DNA of 64,000 nt from an uncultured archaeon (GTDB lineage: Archaea; Asgardarchaeota; Lokiarchaeia; Sigyniarchaeales; SOKP01), in contig CAZBPC010000002.1 of the NCBI GenBank assembly GCA_964493715.1, forward strand, positions 79,470 through 143,469. The letters are read 5' to 3'. The notes below the pieces were generated by a model. That model saw nothing but the letters and a program-made list of their open reading frames with translations. It did no database searches and was not told where the DNA came from. The position numbers and the translations under genes were made by a program. Below are positions 10,731 through 22,265 of the stretch, in pieces (the first letter of the stretch is position 1; each line of letters opens with the position of its first letter).

Positions 10731-11027
10731 TTAAATCTCGAATATTTCTTTAGCTTTTTCTTCTATAATTTTGTTATTTACTAGATCCCATATTTCAGAG
10801 TAATAAAACTCATCATCATTTTTTACTATTAAAGGAATACTTTCTACACATGCACTCATATCGCAATATAGACTGTTAAAGGTCGGATTTTTCATCAAAG
10901 GATCATTAAAATCATTTGGATCTTGGTAATCAAGAATCTTATAATCAATGTTCTTATCTTTTAGCCATTCTTTCAAGATTTCACAGAAAACACAATGCTT
11001 CTTAATAACAATTTTAAATTTAGCCAT
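10731..11027 (-). CDS. Glutaredoxin-like protein
   Basis: CVFC near the N-terminus and a SIP cis-Pro-like motif. Confidence 0.7.
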   Translation of the reverse strand: MAKFKIVIKKHCVFCEILKEWLKDKNIDYKILDYQDPNDFNDPLMKNPTFNSLYCDMSACVESIPLIVKNDDEFYYSEIWDLVNNKIIEEKAKEIFEI

Positions 11028-11078
11028 AATAAAATATATTTTAGTAATAATTTAAATTTTTATTTAAAAAAACCAATG

Positions 11079-12230
11079 CTAATCTTCAATTTCAAAAATA
11101 ATCTTTAAGTATTCATATTTAGAATTGAGTAATTTTAATATTTTACGAGAAAAATCTCTCAAATTTTTTGCGTGAATGGGTTTTTCTTCTGCTTGTTCAT
11201 GGTAAAAATCATGCAGCATCTTTCTAGTTTCATCTGGACCATTATCTTCTAAAAATTTAACCCAATGGGTCGATATTCTACAATATATCTTCAAATTCTC
11301 ATCTGGATGTTTGGATTTATCAAAAATGGAATCATTATATTTATTCAATTCACTACTCACTTTTTCAAGATGACTAGCGATTGCTAAAGAACTGCGACAT
11401 AAACTGATTAAATTGGAGGTGGTTCTTGAATTTCTAGTATTTACTGCTTCTTCGAATGCACTCCAACTTTCTAACCATTCATCTTTATGTATTCCTTCTT
11501 TTCCATCATTGATCATTGCTACATTTATAATATCGCTTAAATCAACATCATGACCTCTTTTGATTTTTTTATCAAAAATCTGTTTTAGATGTGAGCCTTC
11601 GAGAAAAGCACCTGCTCCAAAATCAAGCAATTGATTAAGATTATTTGCAGCAAATAATAATTCATTTTTTTTTTCTTCTGAGTTAAGTTTTACCCAATTA
11701 ACTTTCTTTTCCCATTCTCCAGTTTTTTTATTTCTTATGAAATTACATTCCTTTAATTTCGAGTCTAAAAGACTAGTTTGGAACATCCAAAAATCAATAT
11801 CATCAGTAAATCTTTTCCTTCTCCAATCTCTAGTGGTATATTTCCCAAGATATAACTTTAAAGTACCCCTAATTACGTTTAATTTCCCATTTTTCAAAGC
11901 ATTACGCGCCTCTTTACAGTAATAGTGATTTGGATCATTTGAGCACAATTCTATTTTATTTAATACTTTTCTAGCTTCATTTGCAACAATATCACAAGGA
12001 ATACTCCCATCAGATGGATAAGCTCTAGACCCCCCTCTTATAAAATCTTCAAATAAATCATATTCATCATCAGGAATCGAGTACCAAGGATTATTAAAAA
12101 AAAATTTTGTAAAGACATAATGAGTGAATTGATTTTCATCTTTCCAAGTTTTTTCTACAATGGGAGAAACATCTCTAAGATTATCACCTTTTGCTCTAAC
12201 ATCAGCTTTTATATCCCAAATTCCATTCAT
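11079..12230 (-). CDS. Hypothetical protein with nucleotidyltransferase-like motifs
   Basis: IRGTLKLYL...RFTDDIDF and KKIKRGHDVDLSD. Confidence 0.5.
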   Translation of the reverse strand: MNGIWDIKADVRAKGDNLRDVSPIVEKTWKDENQFTHYVFTKFFFNNPWYSIPDDEYDLFEDFIRGGSRAYPSDGSIPCDIVANEARKVLNKIELCSNDPNHYYCKEARNALKNGKLNVIRGTLKLYLGKYTTRDWRRKRFTDDIDFWMFQTSLLDSKLKECNFIRNKKTGEWEKKVNWVKLNSEEKKNELLFAANNLNQLLDFGAGAFLEGSHLKQIFDKKIKRGHDVDLSDIINVAMINDGKEGIHKDEWLESWSAFEEAVNTRNSRTTSNLISLCRSSLAIASHLEKVSSELNKYNDSIFDKSKHPDENLKIYCRISTHWVKFLEDNGPDETRKMLHDFYHEQAEEKPIHAKNLRDFSRKILKLLNSKYEYLKIIFEIED

Positions 12231-12358
12231 TTGAAATTCTTTTTAGTTTAATATTACTAATAAAATTAAATGAACAAACCAAACTTAAATCTTTTTTCTA
12301 TAAAATAAAGAAGTAATCAAGCATATAGTATAAATAGAATATCTATTTCTTTCTCAAT

Positions 12359-13042
12359 ATGAAAGAACTCTTTTCAGTTTTTGTATATGCACCTTGGGAT
12401 AAGCTCAAAACAAAGAAGCTAACAGAAATTAGATTATTATCTCTCAAAAGCATATTTGAAAAATATCCCGTAATTGAACGGAAATTTTTTGATGATCTAT
12501 CAGAAAACATTAGCAAAAACATCCATTATTCTTGGTTCGAATGTATTAAAAGAATTGTAGGCCCTGACAAAGAAGATTATGAAATTCAAAGTTGGAATAT
12601 TATTTGGGCAATGGATACGGATAATAGAATCTACCAATTCTTATTCCAAAAACTAGAGGATTCTGATGAATCTCAAGCAATTATGGTTGGTTTGGCTCCT
12701 CCAGAGCTTGGGAAGTTATTTTCAGAATATAGAGATGATGCAATTCTTAGGATTTTATCCGTATTGAATAATCCAACAAAATTAAAATTCTTGATGGGAT
12801 TAGCTCCAAAAGGCATATCAATAGCTCAAGAACAACAACTTATACAGGCTAATAAAAATAATCTGGACAAGATCAACTTCGTAAACTCACTAAAAGAACT
12901 ACCAAACATCCAAGGGCAATGGTTTTTTCCTCGTAATCCAATGTGTCCATTTTGTAAAGGATTGCTGGTTGAGAAAATGGATTATGATATTAGTTGTCAA
13001 AAGCTAGTGTGTCCTCAATGCAACTATGAAAGAAAGAAATAG
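12359..13042 (+). CDS. Hypothetical protein with C-terminal zinc ribbon
   Basis: 227-aa ORF with CPFC..CPQC. Confidence 0.65.
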   Translation: MKELFSVFVYAPWDKLKTKKLTEIRLLSLKSIFEKYPVIERKFFDDLSENISKNIHYSWFECIKRIVGPDKEDYEIQSWNIIWAMDTDNRIYQFLFQKLEDSDESQAIMVGLAPPELGKLFSEYRDDAILRILSVLNNPTKLKFLMGLAPKGISIAQEQQLIQANKNNLDKINFVNSLKELPNIQGQWFFPRNPMCPFCKGLLVEKMDYDISCQKLVCPQCNYERKK

Positions 13043-13123
13043 GATATTAACAATAACAATTTTATTAAATATTAGAATATATAATTTATAACGAAAAATA
13101 TATTATTTTGGTAGATAATTAAC

Positions 13124-14653
13124 ATGCCATATATTGTAGCACTCGATTTAGGCACCACAGGTTGTCGCACTTTTATATTTGACTTATCTGGAAGTATATT
13201 AGCAAGTGATTATCAAGAATGGGAGAGTATTTATCCTGCTCCATCACATGTAGAGCAAGATGCAAATGTTTGGTGGGACTCAATTAAAAGAACAATTGAG
13301 AGAGCTATTAAGAAGAGTGGTATTGATAAAACTGAAATTGTCAGTTTATCCATAACAAATCAGAGAGAAACTATTGTTCCTGTAGATAAAATGGGAAATC
13401 CTTTACACAATGCGCTAGTTTGGCAAGATAGAAGAACAACGGAACAAGTTGAATATATCAAGAAAAAAATTGGCGTTGAAAAGATATATAAAACAACTGG
13501 TTTAACCATAGATCCATATTTTTCCGCTACTAAAATACTTTGGTTTAAAAATAATAAACCTGAAATCTATAACCAAACTCACAAATTTTTATTGGTCTCA
13601 GATTTCATAATACATAAACTCACGGGACAGTTTGTAACTGATCATTCAAATGCTTCACGAACCATGCTTTTCGATATAAACAATTTGAAATATTCTGAAG
13701 AAATTGCTTCTGAATTGGAAATTGACCTTGATAAAATGCCAGAATCAATGGAAAGTGGAGTTGATGTTGGAGAAATCGTGTCCAACGAGACTGATTTTGA
13801 TAAGAAGACGTTAGTTATCACTGGAGCTGGAGATCAACAATCAGCAGCATTAGGAGTGGGTGTGGTATCACCAGGGGAGATTAAATGCACAACTGGGACG
13901 GGTAGTTTTATCCTCGCCTTCCTAGAAGAACCTAAATTTGATCCTGAGAGAAGAGTCTTATGTAGTTGTCATGCTGTACCAGGAAAATGGGTTCAAGAGG
14001 CAAGCATTTTTACTTCAGGAGCTGTATTAAGATGGTTTAGAGACCAAATTGCTGTTGATGAATGTCAAAAAGCTGAAGAATTGGGTCAAGATCCTTATGA
14101 AATAATGACATCGGAAGCTGAAAAATCCCCCATAGGGTCTAATGGGCTGCTTTTTATACCTCATTTAGTAGGAGCAGGAGCACCTCATTGGAATCCTTAT
14201 GCAAAGGGAATTTTATTCGGTTTATCACTAGGTCATCAAAGAAAAGATCTTTATAGAGCAGTTTTAGAAGGAGTAGCTTATGAAGTAAAAAAAAATATTC
14301 TTGTTTTTAAATCTCTAGGAATAGATCCGAAAGAATTAAAAATTACTGGAGGAGGTTCTCGTTCTGATTTATGGAATCAAATATATGCTGATACCTTAGG
14401 AATATCTTGTGTAAGAAATGTTAATGAAGAAGCTACATCTTTGGGGGCAGCAATATTAGCCGCATATGGAGCAGGGTTATTTCCAAATATATCTAAAGCT
14501 GCAGAAAATATTTGTAAAGTTGATAAACGATGGTCTCCAAATGAAAATCACGCTGAGATTTATGATAAAATATTCCGTTTTTCAAACAGATTGTATTCAA
14601 TTCTGAGTGAAAATGAGGTTTATAAGAACTTTAATGATATATTTCAAATTTGA
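13124..14653 (+). CDS. FGGY-family carbohydrate kinase (xylulose or glycerol kinase-like)
   Basis: LDLGTTG, TNQRET, WQDRRT, GAGDQQ, TTGTG and TGGGSRS. Confidence 0.9.
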   Translation: MPYIVALDLGTTGCRTFIFDLSGSILASDYQEWESIYPAPSHVEQDANVWWDSIKRTIERAIKKSGIDKTEIVSLSITNQRETIVPVDKMGNPLHNALVWQDRRTTEQVEYIKKKIGVEKIYKTTGLTIDPYFSATKILWFKNNKPEIYNQTHKFLLVSDFIIHKLTGQFVTDHSNASRTMLFDINNLKYSEEIASELEIDLDKMPESMESGVDVGEIVSNETDFDKKTLVITGAGDQQSAALGVGVVSPGEIKCTTGTGSFILAFLEEPKFDPERRVLCSCHAVPGKWVQEASIFTSGAVLRWFRDQIAVDECQKAEELGQDPYEIMTSEAEKSPIGSNGLLFIPHLVGAGAPHWNPYAKGILFGLSLGHQRKDLYRAVLEGVAYEVKKNILVFKSLGIDPKELKITGGGSRSDLWNQIYADTLGISCVRNVNEEATSLGAAILAAYGAGLFPNISKAAENICKVDKRWSPNENHAEIYDKIFRFSNRLYSILSENEVYKNFNDIFQI

Positions 14654-14727
14654 AATCCAAATCATTATTTATTTCTTTTGTCTAATTACTTGATTCTGGG
14701 GTTAATGAACAATTTTATATAGTTAAA

Positions 14728-15354
14728 TTGTTATTCATTCTATACATAACAGATCAAGTGAAATTTATGGAAACTCTTAAAGAAATAGATTATAGTTCTA
14801 ACCAAAAAGCTGTAGGTGAATTATTTTATATCTTTATGGTGATAGCATGCATTGGAATTGTGATCGGGGTTGTATGGTCTATTTTAGATTTTGTTATGCC
14901 TTTAGGGAAATTTGACATATTCCTTGCATTAAATCTAGGATACCAGATTGCGATAATAGCTGGATTTTTAGCCGCATTATTTTTGCTTTTGATCTTTTTC
15001 TTTGGTTTATTCAAAAAAGGAGCAAAAGGAGTATTAAGATTTATTTTTAGAGAAAGAGAACTAGAAGAAAGGTATAAAAATCGTCTTGATGTTAAGATTG
15101 CAGCAGGAGGATTATTACTTAGCATCATGGCAGTAATAGTCGGCATAATAATTGCTATCATACAAGATGTCGTAGCAGGATCCGGTTCTTCACCTTTAGC
15201 AAGCTTATTTACTGAATTTTCTGCTGGTAATTGGGTATTATTTGGAGGTATAGCATTCTTAGCGTTAGTAGGATTGTCATTATTTTTGATATTTTTCTGG
15301 AAAAATGGAAATTATGCCATCATGAAAATCGTGGGAATTCTCGAAAAAGAATAA
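14728..15354 (+). CDS. Four-helix membrane protein with an internal two-fold repeat
   Basis: Two similar helical hairpins ending FKKG and WKNG. Real start probably at the internal METLKE. Confidence 0.65.
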   Translation: MLFILYITDQVKFMETLKEIDYSSNQKAVGELFYIFMVIACIGIVIGVVWSILDFVMPLGKFDIFLALNLGYQIAIIAGFLAALFLLLIFFFGLFKKGAKGVLRFIFRERELEERYKNRLDVKIAAGGLLLSIMAVIVGIIIAIIQDVVAGSGSSPLASLFTEFSAGNWVLFGGIAFLALVGLSLFLIFFWKNGNYAIMKIVGILEKE

Positions 15355-15443
15355 TCTCTCTTTTCTTTCTATTTTATGGTTTGAAATTAGAAAATTAAAG
15401 CAGTTATTTCATTTTTATTTCATACTTATCCTTTTTTAACTCA

Positions 15444-16970
15444 ATGAGTGTTAAAGTGGGTACAGTTTTTAATTTCCTTCAATTACCAGATGTACATCAA
15501 TTTCCATTTGTTATTGACAAATTAAATAATGAAAATATGGTTAAAAAAGGACAATTTGTTTACACTATCTCAATTGAAGGATTTTTAATTGGAATGATTG
15601 AAAAAATCATTCTCTTAAACGAATATTTTTCAGATGCACTCACGATCAAGGCATATAATAGTAGTAGTAATCCTAATATCCTTAAAGGGTTATTCCCAAG
15701 CGATGAATTTGAATATGCCATTGCTATAGTGAAAAATTTAGGAATTATCGAATTTAAAGACGAAGACAAGACGGAGATTAAATTAATAAAAAGAATGACA
15801 TATCCCGCAAGTCCTGGAAAGAAAGTCTTCTTAGTCGAAGTAAATATCCTTAAAAAATTCATAGGACTTGATAATGAAAATGGTTTAAATATTGGGAATT
15901 TAAAAATTGCGAAGATTGAAGCAAAAATTAACATTAACAGGTTACTCAATAAACACTTTTCAATTCTTTCTATTTCGGGAGGAGGAAAAAGTTATTTAAC
16001 TTCAATTCTCTTAGAGGAATTACTCTCGCGTCCTAATTCAATAGGTACACCAGCAATAGTTCTCATAGACGTGCATGGAGAATATGCATACCTTAAATCA
16101 ATTCCAGAACTTCAAGATAAGATTAAATTATTCGATGCTTTGTATCTTCAAATTTCTGTCCCCCAGATGAATGCTTATAACTTTCGAAAATATCAAACGC
16201 AAATTTCCAGCGTCCAAGTTAGAGAACTCAATAATTTTATTAAAAAATTAAAGCAAGATAAATCTAATAATGGTAATTATTCCCTAAAAGATATCATTAC
16301 TCTTATTGATGATGAGAATGAAGGGAATAAAAGTACTCGTCAAGCTTTAGTCGGGTGGTTAGCAGAATTAGAAAGATTAAATGTATTTGGGATCCAAGAA
16401 AATCCCATAATAAAAAACTCCATTAAACCTGGAGAATTAACAATTTTTAATTTTCAAAATGAGATTTCAATCAGAAAAAAACAAATTTTGGTAGACTATC
16501 TATGCAATCGACTCTTTTATATGCGACGGATGGATGAATTACCTCCTTTTCTTCTCATAATTGAAGAAGCTCATCAATTTTGTCCTGAAGCAGCTCAATC
16601 TAAAGCGATTTCAAAATCAATAATTGAAACTATAGCACGAGAAGGTAGAAAATTTATGGCTTGTTTATGTCTAATTAGTCAAAGACCTAAAAAACTAAGT
16701 AGTACTGCACTTTCTCAAATGAATTCGAATATGATCTTAAACATTAAAAATCCTTATGATTTAAAGCACCTTATGGATAGTTCTGAAGCCATAACTAAGG
16801 AATATGCCGATATGATTTCAAGTTTGGGTGTAGGTGAAACTTTACTTATGGGTAATGCGATAAATTATCCGATCTTTATTGAAATTAGACCAAGAAAGTA
16901 CAAATCTAAAGTTGAAGACCTTACATTATCTCAAGTATGTTTAAAGTGGAATGACAAACAATTAACTTAG
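15444..16970 (+). CDS. HerA/FtsK-family ATPase
   Basis: HAS-barrel-like N-terminus, SISGGGKS, IDVHGEY, IEEAHQF, AREGRKF and ISQRP. Confidence 0.88.
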   Translation: MSVKVGTVFNFLQLPDVHQFPFVIDKLNNENMVKKGQFVYTISIEGFLIGMIEKIILLNEYFSDALTIKAYNSSSNPNILKGLFPSDEFEYAIAIVKNLGIIEFKDEDKTEIKLIKRMTYPASPGKKVFLVEVNILKKFIGLDNENGLNIGNLKIAKIEAKININRLLNKHFSILSISGGGKSYLTSILLEELLSRPNSIGTPAIVLIDVHGEYAYLKSIPELQDKIKLFDALYLQISVPQMNAYNFRKYQTQISSVQVRELNNFIKKLKQDKSNNGNYSLKDIITLIDDENEGNKSTRQALVGWLAELERLNVFGIQENPIIKNSIKPGELTIFNFQNEISIRKKQILVDYLCNRLFYMRRMDELPPFLLIIEEAHQFCPEAAQSKAISKSIIETIAREGRKFMACLCLISQRPKKLSSTALSQMNSNMILNIKNPYDLKHLMDSSEAITKEYADMISSLGVGETLLMGNAINYPIFIEIRPRKYKSKVEDLTLSQVCLKWNDKQLT

Positions 16971-17234
16971 TTTTTCCATCACTTCATCTCTTATCTCTTG
17001 ATTTGTCTTATTAAGAACTATCATATTCTTGTTCTTTGAGACTCTAAATAGATTAATAATATTTCTACTCTCAAGTTTCATAAATATTTCTTCTAGTAAC
17101 AGACTATTGACAAAAGGGAACTCCTTCTTTAATAATTCTTCCAAACGTTTGTCTAGGATTTCCCCTCTATTTTCTATCAAGATCTCAATAATAGAGTTAA
17201 CGATTGGCTTTTGATTCCAGCGATTTGATTCGAT
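16962..17234 (-). CDS. Small hypothetical protein (possible winged helix)
   Basis: ORF-track frame extends 18 codons upstream to ATC 17234, 6 nt after GGTGA. Lies downstream of cdc48. Confidence 0.55.
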   Translation of the reverse strand: MESNRWNQKPIVNSIIEILIENRGEILDKRLEELLKKEFPFVNSLLLEEIFMKLESRNIINLFRVSKNKNMIVLNKTNQEIRDEVMEKLS

Positions 17235-17311
17235 TTCATATCACCTTTTATTTTAAATAGAAATAGCTTGTATATAAATAAATATTGAATTTTAAATTAA
17301 GTTTGTGAATA

Positions 17312-19543
17312 TTACACAAACAATCTATCCTCTTTTGATTTCTCAATTATTCGACTTTTGAGTTTTTCTCCAAATTGAGTATACCACTTGATCATTTCTG
17401 CTGAGATACTAGGGTTGGTAATTTCTCTGGCCTCTTTAAAATGTTCTAATGTTACTTTTCGAGCACGCATATTTTCCCTTAATGCAATCATTGCAGCTTC
17501 TCGACACAAGGTTTCAATATCTGCTCCAGAAAATCCCTTAAGCCTTTCATTTAATTTTTTAATAGTAATGTCATTTGCGAGTGGCATTTTTTTTGTAAAT
17601 ATCTTTAAAATTGCTTCCCTCTCTGCTTCATCTGGAGGAGGAACCAATAAGATTCGATCGATCCTTCCAGGTCTAATTAAGGCAGGATCTAAAATGTCTG
17701 GACGATTTGTTGCGGCAATCACTAAAATGTCTTTTGTAATTTCTAGCCCATCCAATTCAGTCAAGAATTGAGATAATACTTTTTCTGTCACTCCCGAATC
17801 TGAAGTGTACCTACCCCTGCTTGGTGCGATGGAGTCAAATTCATCAAAGAAAATAATGCATGGTGCTGCTAATTTTGCCATTCGAAAGACTTCTCGAATT
17901 GCTTTTTCACTTTCTCCTACGAATTTTGATAAGAGTTCTGGACCTTTGACAGAAATGAAATTTGCTTTACTTTCATTAGCAACTGCTCTAGCAAGAAGCG
18001 TCTTTCCACATCCAGGAGGCCCGTAAAGTAATATTCCCTTTGGAGGGGTAATTCCCATTCTAGAAAATATATTAGGGTGTGATAAAGGCCAATCTACTGA
18101 TTCTATTAATTTTTGTTTTAAATCCTCTAATCCACCAATTTGATCCCACTTAACATTTGGTACCTCTACAAATACTTCTCGTATACCTGAAGGTAAAACT
18201 TCTTTCATTGCATTTTCAAAATCTTCCTTGGTAACACTAATTTGTTCCAATAATTCGGGATCAATACTATCAGATTCTAAATTTATTTGAGGTAAATATC
18301 GTCTCAATGATGACATGGCCGCTTCTCTGCAAACAGCTGAAATATCTGCTCCAACAAAACCATGGGTGATGTTAGCAAATTCTTTCAGTTGAATTTTCTT
18401 CTCTAAAGGCATGTTTCTAGTATGTATCATGAAAATTTCCAACCTCCCTTTTTCATTAGGTACTTTTATTTCAATCTCGCGATCAAATCTTCCCGGTCGC
18501 CTTAGAGCAGAATCTAAGCTATTCGGTCTATTTGTTGCTCCAATTACGATGACCTTTCCTCTACCATGAAGACCATCCATTAATGCAAGTAACTGAGCTA
18601 CAACTCTACGCTCAACTTCTCCCGTAACAGTTTCTCTTTTAGGAGCTATTGCATCAATTTCATCAATAAATATAATCGAAGGGCTTTTTTCTTCAGCTTC
18701 TTCAAAAAGTTTACGTAATTTTTTTTCGGATTCGCCATAAAATTTACTCATTATTTCAGGTCCGTTAATAGATATAAAATGAGCCTCACTTTCATTCGCA
18801 ACTGCTTTAGCTAATAGTGTTTTACCACAACCTGGGGGACCTCTTAATAAAACTCCTTTTGGAGGATCAATACCTAATCTTTTAAACAAAGAGGGATGTC
18901 TAAGAGGTAGTTCAACCATTTCTCTTACTCGTTCAATCTCTCTATCCAAACCACCTACATTTTCGTAAGTAAGGTATTCAGAGCCTTTCTCTTCATCATC
19001 TGTAACGACTTCACTGATATTTAATTGCGTTTCGGGTTTAATCAAACACACACCATTAGGTCTCATGCTTATAACCTTAAATGCAATTTCTCTACTAATT
19101 CCTATTGAAATATAGATAAAATCATCAATAGTTATAGGATAATTATTTAAGCGCCTTTTTACGAAATTTTCAAAACGGGGATTCGTTCTAATTTTTACAT
19201 TGGAGGGTGCTAATACAATATTTTGAGCAGGTAATGCCTTGACCTTCCGAATTTCGATGGTGTCATCTATGCTCGTACCTGTATTTTTTCGTAGTCTGGA
19301 ATCGATTCTAATTATCCCTAAACCACTATCTTGAGGATAACTAGGCCACGCAATTCCCGCACTTTCCTTTTTTCCAATCAATGAAATCACATCACCAGTT
19401 TTAATCAGTAATTTCTCCATCGTAAGTGGATCAATTCTAATGATATTCCTTCCAATATCTCTTTTTTTTGCTTTTTGGACTCTTAAAGTTAATTTTTGTC
19501 CTCCTTTTTCATCTTTCCCATTTTGATTATCTTTTGTTGACAT
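17312..19543 (-). CDS. cdc48: CDC48/VAT AAA+ ATPase
   Basis: N domain plus two AAA modules (GPPGCGKT twice; IDEID and FDEFD; RRPGRFDR). Confidence 0.96.
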   Translation of the reverse strand: MSTKDNQNGKDEKGGQKLTLRVQKAKKRDIGRNIIRIDPLTMEKLLIKTGDVISLIGKKESAGIAWPSYPQDSGLGIIRIDSRLRKNTGTSIDDTIEIRKVKALPAQNIVLAPSNVKIRTNPRFENFVKRRLNNYPITIDDFIYISIGISREIAFKVISMRPNGVCLIKPETQLNISEVVTDDEEKGSEYLTYENVGGLDREIERVREMVELPLRHPSLFKRLGIDPPKGVLLRGPPGCGKTLLAKAVANESEAHFISINGPEIMSKFYGESEKKLRKLFEEAEEKSPSIIFIDEIDAIAPKRETVTGEVERRVVAQLLALMDGLHGRGKVIVIGATNRPNSLDSALRRPGRFDREIEIKVPNEKGRLEIFMIHTRNMPLEKKIQLKEFANITHGFVGADISAVCREAAMSSLRRYLPQINLESDSIDPELLEQISVTKEDFENAMKEVLPSGIREVFVEVPNVKWDQIGGLEDLKQKLIESVDWPLSHPNIFSRMGITPPKGILLYGPPGCGKTLLARAVANESKANFISVKGPELLSKFVGESEKAIREVFRMAKLAAPCIIFFDEFDSIAPSRGRYTSDSGVTEKVLSQFLTELDGLEITKDILVIAATNRPDILDPALIRPGRIDRILLVPPPDEAEREAILKIFTKKMPLANDITIKKLNERLKGFSGADIETLCREAAMIALRENMRARKVTLEHFKEAREITNPSISAEMIKWYTQFGEKLKSRIIEKSKEDRLFV

Positions 19544-19622
19544 CTTCGATCGATTCTTTTTTAAAAGTTTATTTTAATAATAATTAAATTTGTAAAAATT
19601 TTTCCATTTTATAATAAATATT

Positions 19623-20672
19623 TTATTTGAAAAAACTATCCAAAGATATTTGCTTTTTTGCTGAATCTAAATCCTTTAACTTTTTAAGAGCACTATCAAT
19701 TCTATTTTGAGAAAAATTATGCTTTTCTACAAGCAGTTCATCTACTTTATCATAATCTACTTTTCCCCATAAAATCTTTGGATAATTAGAATTAATGGTT
19801 GGATTCAAAAAGATATCTTTAACACGTTGAACTAATTCTATATCGAAATTTATTTTTTTTCCAGATACTTGGATATTATTCTTGAGAATGTTTTCTAATG
19901 AATTGTGCTTTTTTATCAAATCTAATGCTTTATGTTGCCCGATTCCTTTAATGCCTGGGAAAAAATCTGTACCAATAAGGATTCCCATATCTATGAGCTG
20001 TTCCCGAGTAATTCCCAAATTAATTAAAAATTTAGAAAGAGAAATATATTCAATATCTAAGGAAACTGTTGTATCTTTTACTTTTTTACTACGGTTTACA
20101 CTAAAGTTGCGTAGAAATCGTTCACATCCAAATAATAAAGTGTCATAATCTTGAGATGCACTAGCCCAAGCATCTCCTCTATTTACTAAATACGCAGCTT
20201 GTGCTTCCCCTTCTGAAGCTGCCTCTATAACGGGAATGCCCATGTATAACAGCAATGATTTACTTTCTTCAATCATATCATGATCCAATTTGGAGGTTAA
20301 TTGAGCAAATTTTCTAGCTTCTCTAAAATCTTCTTCTTCCTGAGCCTTTATCATTTTCTCTTGCGCTTCTACTTTAACTTTTCGCCTTTCGTTAATTGTT
20401 TCTAATTTCAATTCTGGTGGTTTTCCATCAAATACATAAATTGGTTTAATGTTATACTCTAAAAACTTAATATTCCGATAAAATAATCCCGATAAATGAG
20501 AAGTTACATTTCCTTCCAAATCCATCAGCAAAGTACCATCTCGTTGCCGAATAATTGCTAAAAATTGGTAAATAGTGTTAAATGCATCAATCGCTATCTT
20601 TTTATTTAACAGATTTTCGAAAGAGATAGTTTTCCGTACATCTTTTACTAATTCATTTATCTTGACTCCCAT
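19623..20672 (-). CDS. fen: Flap endonuclease 1
   Basis: MGV start, YQFLAIIR, TSHLSG, EGEAQAA, SQDYD, GTDF and C-terminal PIP box QISLDSFF. Confidence 0.96.
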   Translation of the reverse strand: MGVKINELVKDVRKTISFENLLNKKIAIDAFNTIYQFLAIIRQRDGTLLMDLEGNVTSHLSGLFYRNIKFLEYNIKPIYVFDGKPPELKLETINERRKVKVEAQEKMIKAQEEEDFREARKFAQLTSKLDHDMIEESKSLLLYMGIPVIEAASEGEAQAAYLVNRGDAWASASQDYDTLLFGCERFLRNFSVNRSKKVKDTTVSLDIEYISLSKFLINLGITREQLIDMGILIGTDFFPGIKGIGQHKALDLIKKHNSLENILKNNIQVSGKKINFDIELVQRVKDIFLNPTINSNYPKILWGKVDYDKVDELLVEKHNFSQNRIDSALKKLKDLDSAKKQISLDSFFK

Positions 20673-20734
20673 TTTGTCATCTTCTCAAGTATTTCAATAT
20701 ATGAGTAGGCATGTTTATTTATAATTTCCACCAT

Positions 20735-21292
20735 TTAATTTTGAATATCTATTTTAGGTCTCCTTTTAAGCCGAGAACCACAATCTTCACATAATTCGTT
20801 TAATTTTTCATTTTTATGAATTGTTTGGCAATGAGGACAATAAACTTCGAATATAATTTGGTGTTCAATTCCGTTTTTAAATAAAGATCTTACAGTAATA
20901 TTTAGCTCAAAACAAAGATTTTGGATTGAATAATCATTTGTGAAGATTTCTACATCAAAGGAATTCATTAATTCTAAAGCAAGTGCTATGATACTATAAT
21001 CTTGATCAGATAACGCTTTTAAGTCTCCTGTATTTTTTGCTATGCTTTTCGCGTGGCTAATATATTTTTCAGTAGGATTTTTAATAACTAATTTCCTACT
21101 CTCCACAGCAGCTTCTATTCTATTGATAATATTCCTATTACGAGATTCATATCTTATAACTTCAATCTCATTAATAATATCTGGGGTAGTATATATCTTG
21201 TTTGGAAACAAGTTAAAATCAACGCCCAAGAGAAATATGTTGGTATCAAAAATTAGAATTGAACTCTTCTTCTGATTCCGGGCTGTCATCAA
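20735..21292 (-). CDS. nob1: Nob1-family PIN endonuclease with Zn ribbon
   Basis: IFDTN, TGDLKALSDQD, TNDYSIQN and CPHC..CEDCG. Confidence 0.88.
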   Translation of the reverse strand: MMTARNQKKSSILIFDTNIFLLGVDFNLFPNKIYTTPDIINEIEVIRYESRNRNIINRIEAAVESRKLVIKNPTEKYISHAKSIAKNTGDLKALSDQDYSIIALALELMNSFDVEIFTNDYSIQNLCFELNITVRSLFKNGIEHQIIFEVYCPHCQTIHKNEKLNELCEDCGSRLKRRPKIDIQN

Positions 21293-22178
21293 GAGGAACT
21301 CTTACTGTACCTATAATTTTTTTTCTTAATCGGTTTATATAGTTAGTACTTAGATCTTTCGATAAACGTATAAATTTGGAATTAGAATTGGATTTGCGAA
21401 TCTTGATTATTGTATTAGGTTGTATTTTTTTAAATGTTCTCTGCCCATCAATAATTATTTTTGCGTTTAACCTTGGTCTTAGCAATTGAATTTCGATTTC
21501 ACTGCTAATAGGAAGGATGATGGGTTTAAGACCAGATCTGGCATAACTATTAATGGGTGTTAATTCCATTATATCTACTGAAGGATCAACAATTGCCCCG
21601 CCCGCGCTTAAATTATATGCTGTTGAACCCACAGAGGTTGAAATTATAATACCATCCAAATAACTTCTGTTTAAGTAAGTTCCATTGATTTTTACAGAGA
21701 CTAAGAGTACTTTTGAACTTTTAGATGAAACAATTAAGATTTCATTTAGAGCATTATTAAGTTTTATCTCATCAGATTCTCTAACGATATATGCGGCTAT
21801 TTTAGAGCAGGTCTCGATTATAAATTCACCATTCAATATTTTGATTAAATCATTGAACACCGTTCTTTCATTAGTTTCATCTAAAAAGCCGATAGAACCG
21901 ATATTTATACCTAAGATTGGAGGAGGATTCCGTTGAGACAATCCACTAGCTACTCTCAACACTGTACCATCACCTCCAGCAGAAATAATAAATTTTGTAT
22001 TCTCTGCCGTCATCTCTTTTAGATCCATTCCATTATGAGGTAATATTTTAGGTGCTATTCTAGTTTCTAAATGTACTATTTCGCCTTTTTTTATCAAGAA
22101 TTCAAAAATATCCTTAGTTAATTTAATTGCTCTTTCCGAATCCATCCTACACGCTAAACTTATAGCTTTTTTCTCCAT
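21246..22178 (-). CDS. nadK: NAD kinase
   Basis: GGDGT, GSIGFL, ALNE and GSTAYNLSAGG. Confidence 0.93.
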   Translation of the reverse strand: MEKKAISLACRMDSERAIKLTKDIFEFLIKKGEIVHLETRIAPKILPHNGMDLKEMTAENTKFIISAGGDGTVLRVASGLSQRNPPPILGINIGSIGFLDETNERTVFNDLIKILNGEFIIETCSKIAAYIVRESDEIKLNNALNEILIVSSKSSKVLLVSVKINGTYLNRSYLDGIIISTSVGSTAYNLSAGGAIVDPSVDIMELTPINSYARSGLKPIILPISSEIEIQLLRPRLNAKIIIDGQRTFKKIQPNTIIKIRKSNSNSKFIRLSKDLSTNYINRLRKKIIGTVRVPLDDSPESEEEFNSNF

Positions 22179-22265
22179 TTAACTCAAGATTTAATCGGAT
22201 TATGAAACTCAAATAACAAAATTTGAATATGAATTAATAAAAATAAAGTATTGTCTTAAATATCC

